In this document: in pieces, positions 48,085 through 58,449 of the stretch
How the letters are laid out: each line of letters starts with the position of its first letter
How positions within the stretch are numbered: position 1 is the stretch's first letter
Assembly (NCBI GenBank): GCA_036172245.1
Contig: JAYWIR010000013.1
Coordinates: forward strand, 2,976,001-3,040,000
Length of the DNA: 64,000 nucleotides
From: Raillietiella orientalis
Taxonomy: Eukaryota
Reading direction: 5' to 3'
Position numbers and translations under genes: made by a program
Notes under the pieces: generated by a model
Seen by the model: only the letters and a program-made list of their open reading frames with translations
What the model was told of the DNA's origin: nothing
Database searches by the model: none

Positions 48085-49934
48085 AGCGTGATATGGTCCA
48101 AGGGTTGTACGCTTCTTTTATCGTGTCTTCAGCACGCAAGCCGGCAGTCTTCGGGGACACACGCGTGTACACAATGCCGATAGCGTGATCTGGTCCAAGG
48201 GTTGTACGCTTCTTTTATCGTGTCTTCAGCACGCAAGCCGGCAGTCTTCGGGGACACACGCGTGTACACAATGCCGATAGCGTGATCTGGTCCAAGGGTT
48301 GTACGCTTCTTTTATCGTGTCTTCAGCACGCAAGCCGGCAGTCTTCGGGGACACACACGCGTGTACACAATGCCGATAGCGTGATCTGGTCCAAGGGTTG
48401 TACGCTTCTTTTATCGTGTCTTCAGCACGCAAGCCGGCAGTCTTCGGGGCCACACGCGTGTACACAATGCCGATAGCGTGATCTGGTCCAAGGGTTGTAC
48501 GCTTCTTTTATCGTGTCTTCAGCACGCAAGCCGGCAGTCTTCGGGGCCACACGCGTGTACACAATGCCGATAGCGTGATCTGGTCCAAGGGTTGTACGCT
48601 TCTTTTATCGTGTCTTCAGCACGCAAGCCGGCAGTCTTCGGGGACACGCGTGTACACAATGCCGATAGCGTGATCTGGTCCAAGGGTTGTACGCTTCTTT
48701 TATCGTGTCTTCAGCACGCAAGCCGGCAGTCTTCGGGGGCACACGCGTGTACACAATGCCGATAGCGTGATCTGGTCCAAGGGTTGTACGCTTCTTTTAT
48801 CGTGTCTTCAGCACGCAAGCCGGCAGTCTTCGGGGCCACACGCGTGTACACAATGCCGATAGCGTGATCTGGTCCAAGGGTTGTACGCTTCTTTTATCGT
48901 GTCTTCAGCACGCAAGCCGGCAGTCTTCGGGGACACACGCGTGTACACAATGCCGATAGCGTGATCTGGTCCAAGGGTTGTACGCTTCTTTTATCGTGTC
49001 TTCAGCACGCAAGCCGGCAGTCTTCGGGGACACACGCGTGTACACAATGCCGATAGCGTGATCTGGTCCAAGGGTTGTACGCTTCTTTTATCGTGTCTTC
49101 AGCACGCAAGCCGGCAGTCTTCGGGGCCACACGCGTGTACACAATGCCGATAGCGTGATCTGGTCCAAGGGTTGTACGCTTCTTTTATCGTGTCTTCAGC
49201 ACGCAAGCCGGCAGTCTTCGGGGACACACGCGTGTACACAATGCCGATAGCGTGATCTGGTCCAAGGGTTGTACGCTTCTTTTATCGTGTCTTCAGCACG
49301 CAAGCCGGCAGTCTTCGGGGACACACGCGTGTACACAATGCCGATAGCGTGATCTGGTCCAAGGGTTGTACGCTTCTTTTATCGTGTCTTCAGCACGCAA
49401 GCCGGCAGTCTTCGGGGACACACACGCGTGTACACAATGCCGATAGCGTGATCTGGTCCAAGGGTTGTACGCTTCTTTTATCGTGTCTTCAGCACGCAAG
49501 CCGGCAGTCTTCGGGGCCACACACGTGTACACAATGCCGATAGCGTGATCTGGTCCAAGGGTTGTACGCTTCTTTTATCGTGTCTTCAGCACGCAAGCCG
49601 GCAGTCTTCGGGGCCACACACGTGTACACAATGCCGATAGCGTGATCTGGTCCAAGGGTTGTACGCTTCTTTTATCGTGTCTTCAGCACGCAAGCCGGCA
49701 GTCTTCGGGGCCACACGCGTGTACACAATGCCGATAGCGTGATCTGGTCCAAGGGTTGTACGCTTCTTTTATCGTGTCTTCAGCACGCAAGCCGGCAGTC
49801 TTCGGGGCCACACGCGTGTACACAATGCCGATAGCGTGATCTGGTCCAAGGGTTGTACTCTTCTTTTACCGTGTCTTCAGCGCGCAAGCCGGCAGTCTTC
49901 GGGGTCACACGCGTGTGTGTACACAATGCCGATA
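48085..49934. repeat. Tandem repeat (minisatellite), 97-bp unit, 19 near-identical copies
   Basis: The unit AGCGTGATCTGGTCCAAGGGTTGTACGCTTCTTTTATCGTGTCTTCAGCACGCAAGCCGGCAGTCTTCGGGGACACACGCGTGTACACAATGCCGAT starts at 48085, 48182, 48279 and so on. Units abut with no spacers; 95- and 99-bp variants arise from AC slippage. Confidence 0.98.
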
Positions 49935-50193
49935 TGCAGCTGAGTAGAGGTGCATGCCGAATTCCAAACTGCTTCAGGGAAATTGCCTGGTTGGGATGCC
50001 AGAGAAATGTCCGGGAAAGCAAGTCAATAGTCCACGGAATTTAGGTAAGCCCTAATTCCAGAACGGGGCAATTTGCTTCTGGGAGAGAAGTGATTTCAGA
50101 CACTCGTGTCTCGCCGTGCGTGTATGTAATATTTATCCATTCTTTGTGGACTTTTACTGTATGATTGTTTTTTTTATTTTTTTCAGTCTGCTG

Positions 50194-53100
50194 ATGGATG
50201 TCGTGGAACGAGTTCCTCAGTTTTGGAGTGGAACGGATAAACCAAGTGTTTGCCTTTTTGCATTATCCATATTCTTGTGATCAGCAATGGAGGATGCATC
50301 CGTTATTACTGATAAATTGAGGCTGATTTTGGCAGAGAATGAGAAATCCCGATATTATCAAATAATAAGGCTATTTTCAGGGACAAGCAAGGAATATAAA
50401 CACACTTACTTAGGTATATTAGAAAGTGGTCGTAAATGCTTTCAATGTAATGGCCTGAAATTCTTAGATGAAAATTTTTTGTAAGAAAATGTAGTTGTAG
50501 ATAGAGTAGTACTGTTATCTAATACTTTGTCTAACGATAGCCCCTCTCAAGTGGGATATTGAGAAGTAGGTAATGATTACTTAAACAAAAGCGCTGTAAG
50601 AGATGTAATTCCATTTGCCCAATATAGTTGAACACGGATAGTGGATGAAAGTATTATTAGATCATGATATTGTGCATTAAGGTTAATTTTAAGGAGATGC
50701 AAATTATAGTAGAGCATCATCATGAGATCCAGTTGTCTTCCACAGATGTGTTCAGTGCTGCAAAAGCACTGGTTGCAGTAAAGAAAAGAGCATTCATGAG
50801 TTTACAGTGAATTAGCTGCTTATCTGTCATTATCTAAGAAATTTTACAAGCGATGTATTAACTCCTGTTATCTTAGTCAGAACACTCTACTAAATCTACT
50901 ACTATGGAGTAATAACTCAGTTTAAGTTGTTTAAGGGATATGCACTGAAAACCATCATACATGAATTCTGTTTGTGGAAGACAAGAACGCATTTACTACT
51001 GGTTGGTGTTCAAAGTTTAACATCTTTATTAGTAAACTTCAATGAACTAGTCTGATGTTATACAGAAAACATAAACATCATTTAACAAAAGTTTATTTGA
51101 AAAGATTATGTAGACTCCAAGCTGTGGAAATCAATGCAGTAACAAGAGACTTCACTACTTCTAAGTACATGATATTTGCCAAGAATATGATCAATGATAC
51201 TATTATTACCTCAATAAGCTTGCTACATTTTATGCTTTCTGAAATGGTATTCAAAACCCAGCATAAAGAGGAAATGTGTAAGAATTGTCTTATTGCAGCA
51301 GTAGAAAATTGGAAATCAAAAAGGCTTTTATTGAAAATAGTTCTTTCTTTTTCATTTTGTGATTTTGCAGGTGCTTTAGGATATGGTATTCTAGATATGC
51401 GTACAACATACCAGTTCTGACTGTAGGTGAATGAGAAACAAAAATCTTGCTATTCATAAGTTCAGAATTACAAAGTATTAATAGTGACTAACTATATGTA
51501 GTGTTTTTCAGTTAATTTTTTTTCACTATCTTTGTGATGCAAAATCTAAATCCTAGATCAAAGAAGGACTACCATAAATATGCATACGATTTCCAATTTG
51601 AAAGCTGATTAAACTTACAAAAAATGAAGGTATCTGTCTCTGCATCAACAGGTTTGTAGCTAAATGCAAAGCAACTTCAAATATTTCTATAAAGAAAAGT
51701 GAAAAAAAGTTTTCCAGGAGTTTCAATGACTGAAGTGAAGTGTGCTTGTTAGAAGGACACTTTGTAACTGATTATGTTTTCAAGTATTACATGCTAACAT
51801 TAGTAAGTTGGTAATAGAGATATCAAAGGAATCAGGAAACCAATCCAGTAAAGGAAAATACGTGGATACTGAGCAAATGATTATGACATAGTTGAACAGG
51901 GAAAACAGTTAACATGACTTGTGAGAACTGATTGTACCAACCATTTTGTTGTCAATTTTGAAAAATTAAGTTTCTCAATGTCAGTAAATGCAAAAAAAAT
52001 TGGCAGCCATATGGAAACATAAAGTGCAGCATGAAGTATGGTGTTTATTAAATATGTAGGTTATCTGAATCCACATATACGTAGTTTGCATTTATTCCTG
52101 GAGATCTGAAGGCGTGCATAATTATTCATAAAATCTGACTGACTAGGCGAAAGCAATTTCAATAAATGATTTATGCATGAAGAAAGACAAATTAGTTAAA
52201 AGAGAAACTTTCAGATCACCACATTAATGTATTGCATACAGTCTTAACCACTGTTCTTAGTGAATCTTTGTTCTAATCCATGATTTGATCATTCAAAATT
52301 TAAATATGAATACCTAAAAAAGTATTGGGAATTTTTTAATTGTTTCTTTAAAGTGGTTATGAAGTGTGTGATCATGAAGTGTATTATTCTTAATGGAATC
52401 ATTATTCAGTGGTTTATGTTATTTAGCAACATTCATTAGTTGGGTACTCAGAAATTTGAATTTATACTTTAATTAATTTCAAATTTTTCTATCTAAAAAG
52501 TCAGCATTTTTTTTATCTAATTGAAAACTCTTTTGAAATTTGGGATTTATTTTCAAGAAAAATCACTTAAAAAGAAGCAGATGTTGGAATCCATTACTTT
52601 ACTAAAAAGGTGGATAAATGAAGTATCACAAGATGTAAAAAAAGAGAAGACTCTCAAACTTCTGCTGCCTGGTCTCCTCAGGTTTTGTCATGATATATTA
52701 TATGATTCGCAAATATTTACTCAGTTGAATGAGGAAATCCCATCACAAGTAAGTACCGATATTTGATAACATGTTTTGTCAAATTTCATTATGTCATTTT
52801 GTTCTAAAATATTATTAAATAACTTACAGTGGTCATCTTTGGTCTGCTTTTGTAACTGACACTTATTATTGCTAAGGTTTGGCAAATTATTTTGCAGTTA
52901 TTTATTACTCAAATCATCGTATGTATAAAAGCTTAATGAATTGAACTGAAGTTATGCATGGATTAGAAAGAAAGCATTTGATTCTTTTTGATACATCTGG
53001 AATGATGATGTCTTAGACTTTGAATTAGGATTGTAATTCTTTATATTGATAGAAGGTTGATAGTTGATAGCAGACTACAGGCACTGATTGACCTGAATTC

Positions 53101-56074
53101 ATGGCTGCAGAAAAGCAATTATTATAGGATACAAGTATGATGGCTTAGATTATTACATAAGTCATAAAAACTGGGAATGGATCAATGATGTATTGCTATA
53201 TTATTGCAGATAGTAGTGGCTGACAGACCAGAGTCTGTTATTTTAGTGTTTTGATACTATAAAAATTAGCAAAATATGTCATACATTCTGAGTAAAAGAA
53301 TATGTATAATTCTTGTGTATTGTTCTGTTAATTTCATATGCTTATGTGTTAAGGATGGTTCAAGGATGTGTTCAAAAAGAGGCATGCTATAAATTGAAAT
53401 TTCTGAGACATTGGAAAATCCATGCAGAAGGAAAAAATTCCTCACGTTTAGAATACACATTGAATGAATGTATAAAAGCATTTGGAATTCTTCTTTTCTT
53501 ATTAAATATTTTAAAACTGTTTTCATCATAAGGTGCATGCTCATATGTTTTGTTTTGTAAAACTGTTAAAAAAATTCAAGTAAGAAATTGGATGAATAAT
53601 TTCATAATATTAAGATGCGAATTAATTGGAAAATTCAAACTTGCATGTTTAGAAAAAAGCAAGTTACTGGACCAAACATGGAAAAATTATTTTGTATTTC
53701 AGATAATAGCAGAAACTGTTTTTTTCCTCACTTCGTTGTGTAGCTGTTATAAGACTGTGGTGATGGATGCTCTTCCTGGTATCAAACATGTGTACAGTAT
53801 CATCAGTGCTAGTATTTCCCAGTTTCCTGGTTGCATGAGTTTAGTCCATCTCTCCATAGTTGAATTCCTACTATATCATGGTAAAAATTGTACAATAAAT
53901 CCATCAAAACTCCTAGCTTCAAACTAGCGTAAATTAAATTAAATGTGTGAATAAATTGGGGGCCTGTTTCACAAAAAAACTGTGACAGACGGACATGTAT
54001 AAATTTTTCATGTTGGTATTATATTTTGCCCATTTTCAGGTGAAACTAGTGGAATATCCAAATATAACCTAGTAATAACTCAGTTTTTCCAATATGTTTT
54101 ACCAAACATCTTTAAGAGTGTGATTGCAGAACAAACTGTAAGCTTTTTCTCAAGAAATGCACAGCAGCTTCGTCAAAAGGGATTGCTGCAAACATATTTT
54201 CCCCTTATGTTTCGAATTTTAGCGTGGAACCCAGAAAAATTTCTTGATTCCTTCTGTCATCTTTTGACTACAGTGATTTCTCCAATGAATGCACTTGAAG
54301 TAGGTTAATTTTTATCATTCACATTATTTGGTCATTTCTGCAACATAGCTGCAAAATAAAGCAGCAGTTCTGTTTTTGTGTTCATGTATTAGTAAAGTCT
54401 TACTGAAAGCTTAAAAACAATATTATTTGACATATGTATAGGGATGTCGTGTTGTAGTCATATCAGTAAAACTGAGGATCAGATCTGGAAAACATTCGTT
54501 TGTTTATTATTTGAAGTTAATGTACTTTAAATGCTATAACATTTACAGATTTGTAAATCAATAAATTGAATGTAGGAGTAGTAATACTAGCTTACATGAG
54601 TATTGGGGAACAATACATTTGTTATTAATTAGTTTACAGGAAAATGTGTTCTCCAGTCTGTGGCTTATTGCAATATTTCAAGCAGGGACTGCATTATCAT
54701 CAACAATCATAGGATTCTTTACTGCTCCCATTTTTTTGCATGAACTTGCATGAATATAAATTGCTAAATTGAAACTTAACAGTCAGTTGTGTGCAAGACA
54801 TTGTTTTTTGTTAATCTAGGTATTTCATACATTATTGGATTTACCCATCATGACTGCAACTCTAATGGTGTTATCTCCAGTTCTCAAACTAGAAGGCAAA
54901 TCGTCTTCCTTTCAAGAAACACTTTTGGACAAAGTAACAGAAAATGAAAATAAAGTTACCTTTCAGTATTTAATGCGAGAAGTCCATGGTGTAACTGTTC
55001 CTGTTGACAAGTAAATACAACATAATGAATCCTGTGTACTAATTTTCTTCATAGGTTAAATATTTATTTTAATACTTTACGAGATGTTCATAACTTACCG
55101 TGCATTAAAATGAGTGCAGATGCTGCCTGTCTGCTTGTGGAATTGTATTTTTCTGGACCTGTTAAAAAGTTGGACTTTCCAGTGGTGTTAGTGATCACAA
55201 AAGAAATGTTGCGTCGTCTTTTCGTCCTCTTTCCAGATAGGAAATACAAACAGAAAATGGAAAGGTTTGTCTATTACAGACTTGCGTGCTAGCAACATGT
55301 TTTAAAGTATTTTGGCTTCCAAATTGACTGAACTATGTTGTGAAACATATCCACAGTTGGGCTTCGTGATCACTACGGAACTGAAATCCTACCTTAGTTT
55401 AATTGATCATTTGTACAGTAATGAAGAATTGTATTGTTCCATGATACATTTGGTTAGCTGTTTAAATTATCCAATGCAGAGATTGAGGGAAGCTCCAAAT
55501 ATGCTTCTGTCAGGAAGTGACACAGATGTGGATGTCATCATGCAATTTTATGATATCATTGAATGCGTACTTTATGAAATTCTTCTTCAGAGTCAATCTG
55601 TTGGCTGCAGTGTTAGTAGCTATTGTAGCCTGGCTGCCTGTTTAGCCAAGGTCTGTTGATGGTAGTTGTTAACAAGAAACATGTATAGCTTTTAGCTAGC
55701 GCTGTTATCTCAGGAGCTAATACCACGTGCCATTCATTGTTTAAATCGTTTAATGGAGCATTTGGTGACGCATTTCGATAAAGAATCCTTGGAAATTCAA
55801 ATAGCCAGACGCAGGCTAAAGGAATTGCTGGAAATATTTCAATCCCCAGTGTAAGAATTTCAGAGTAACACCGTATAATTGAAGTGTTTTCATCAGCATA
55901 GCAGCAGATGTGTTGCTGAATCAATTCAATCCTGAGAAATTTTGCAAATCCTCTCTCTTCTGTTTTATTAAATTTTTACAGCATGCCGCACCTGCAGGTG
56001 GATTAAGAGAATATCACGCCAGTGAAAAAAATGTTCATCCAGAAAGAAACGAAAGTGTCCTAAATTCTACATGA
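50194..56074 (+). CDS. AP5Z1: AP-5 complex subunit zeta-1 (SPG48) homologue, multi-exon, divergent
   Basis: Exons at ~53703-53881 (IAETVFFLTSLC...LSIVEFLLYHG), 54040-54299 (YFPLMFRILAWNP...VISPMNALE), 54820-55010 (VFHTLLDLPIMTATL), ~55696-55849 (LALLSQELIPRA...LKELLEIFQSP) and ~55897-56074 (SIAADVL..., TGA) resemble AP5Z1 motifs as I recall them (FPSLLKFLAWN, LHALLDLPCLTA, SQDLIPRA, PSVAQFVL). The N-terminal exons (50194-52749) and the start codon are tentative. Confidence 0.8.
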
Positions 56075-58449
56075 AGCTCCCATTGCACAATAATTATTAA
56101 AAGATTTTTGGCTTTGATAATACGAATCTCAGTTTGATTGGATAAAGGGGATTTTCAATCACTAATGATTACCTTAAGCATAAAATGCCCTTTCTCTGTT
56201 TCAGATGGAAATTGCAATTTTTTGAATATGTGAGTAAATGAGTTTTGGCTATTAATTCTCGCAGCCCAGTCATTATTCACAGTGAATCAAGATGAGAAAT
56301 CTGTTGAAGGGTCGTCTTCATGAAGTCTTTCATGGTGTTTAAGCGTACGTAAGAAAGCCACATTATTCAACCGACTCGAGCAAAGGCCGAAAATCCGGCC
56401 CGTCTGCTGGCGAGGTTCATATCGAAAACATCGAAGCGGGGAACGACAACAAACATACACAAATCAGTAAATAATCTGTCTGCGACGGGATGAGGGTGTA
56501 TGGGAAAGGATCATAATGTGCAATGTCACTTCCTCTGAATCCTCTGAAGTATGCCGCCAAGTTCCTCTTTATTCATTTGCAGCAAAGATCACCGCGTCGC
56601 AAACCTCAGGATCACGAATAGGAAAAGGGTACGGATTCTCATCCTCTTGTCCTGAACGTGCCACACATCGCCTCAATACGCGGCGTGTGTGCCTTCGAGG
56701 ATCAGGAGAGCTGCCGCTTCTGATTACCAATTTTGCCTCTCCGTCAAGGCAGTCGTATTCTGCGCAGTGTAGAAAATCGGAGCGCTTACGTAAAGTGCAA
56801 GTTGGCAGGAAAGGTTTTCTGGGCTCTTGACCATTCCAAAACTGCCGGAACGAGACGAAAAGGATGCCCAACATCGCAAAAGAGATGCACGGAATCTTGA
56901 AGCCGGTGCATGTCTCTCTTACTGTGGGGACAAGGGCGACAAGGATCCCGACGCAATCTGCAATGTACCGTCGCAAAAATCACCAAAGGCAAGCGACGCC
57001 GACTGTTCAGACACAGATGTTGGCCTTTGGGCGGAAGGAGTGAGGTTTGCAGAGTCGGCCAAGAATGCTGTGCGCCTGGAGACGGCATGTGGCTGCAGAG
57101 AAGAGACGACAAGTTAGCTGACACGGATCTGCTGCCAGGGGGCCTTTCCTTCTGCCGCTGTTGCTGGTCTCCGCACTCTGCGGGGAGAGCTGCTGGCGCA
57201 ATCATCTCAAGCAGGATGCATACTGCACGGTAGACGCTGAGTCGGCACCCGGTGCAGAAAAGGCAAACAAGAAAGCATGCACGCCTGACGACCGTCCTTC
57301 CGCGGACGATGGTACTCCTTTTCACTTCTGTGCTGTCATCGCAATTTCCATTTCAGATTTTTTTTTTTTTTTCTTTCCGGTTTGCACGGTGCGTAAGGAA
57401 GCAACGCGAGACTAGTGGCTCAAGCAGCCCTTCCGAACAGTTCCTCCACCCCTGAAGAGGGTGCGTGGAATTCTTCCAGGAAGCGATAATGCCGGGAAGG
57501 AGCGACGCACGAAATCCAGGACAATCTTCGTAGAGGGCGGTCCGCTTCTTTCACTTCAAGGGATGTATGATCGAAAGGAACCTCCAAACAGGGTGTCTCC
57601 GAATAACATCCCGAAGGGAGTTTCCTTCCTTAATCTATCAAAAGAGACCCCGGAGGTATCAGTTTTATTGTTTCTACTTCAAACAGAACTCGCAAGAGAA
57701 TAGCTGCTCATTACATGTTCGATGAGGATCCGAGGAGACCGTTCCCAATTTTCTCTGAACAGCAGTTTCCAAAGAAAGCGGCACGCTCTCTTGGAAACTG
57801 TTGGAAACTTTCCATGTGAGTTCTCAGCAACCCTGCAACACCATCGCACGAGACATAGGGCCCATCCCCGAGGGAGAAAGACGGCTTCTTTGCACAACCG
57901 CAGGTCAATCCCGAAGGGAAGCAGAAGACCTGCATCCGTTACTTCCTAGGAATCTGGAGGCTGGACTCCCCATCCCTGTCACCAATCGGAAACATCCGCT
58001 ATCGGCGCCGCATCCGAGGACGCGCCAAGAAGCGTCATCCAGATCGTGCGCGAGCAGCGCGAAGCTGCCGGGGAGTCCTTTGCTCGGCGTTGATTCCATC
58101 CATCCGCGAATTCGAACCCGCGAGGCTTGGAACCGACTGCGGATACCTCTGCAGTTACATGGCCTCCGATGCAACACGTTGAAAGACTCACCCGTGATCG
58201 TGCTGGGGCTGAGGGAGGGTTACTGCCGCCACCCGCCTAGGGCCCAGTAAACTGTAAGACCTGGTTCCAGAAGGCGGTCGGGCGTCTCGGTGGCCCCTAC
58301 CCTTTACGACAAGCCTCGCATTGCCGCGCGCCTCGCCCCACGAACCAAACCTGTAGCCACAAACCGTCTTCCAAACCAAGGAAACCGAACAGCCGGGAAT
58401 TTATTAGACCACCGCTGACCGTCATTGGCGGAGTGGAACCATGCAGTTC

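Noticed and set aside
48085..49934. CRISPR array
   Set aside because: Units abut directly with no unique spacers, there are no cas genes, and the context is eukaryotic and intron-containing.
48085..49934. Hammerhead ribozyme (minus strand has CTGAAGA = CUGANGA) or SL RNA genes
   Set aside because: There is no GAAA core half or correctly placed stem II/III, and no canonical Sm site or inter-gene spacer.
56516..57415. Consecutive ORFs downstream of AP5Z1
   Set aside because: No recognisable domain or convincing splice structure.
58382..58405. Fifth AATAAA-hairpin end on the minus strand
   Set aside because: The stem is weak, the trailing AAAC is missing, and no minus-strand LINE body lies upstream.
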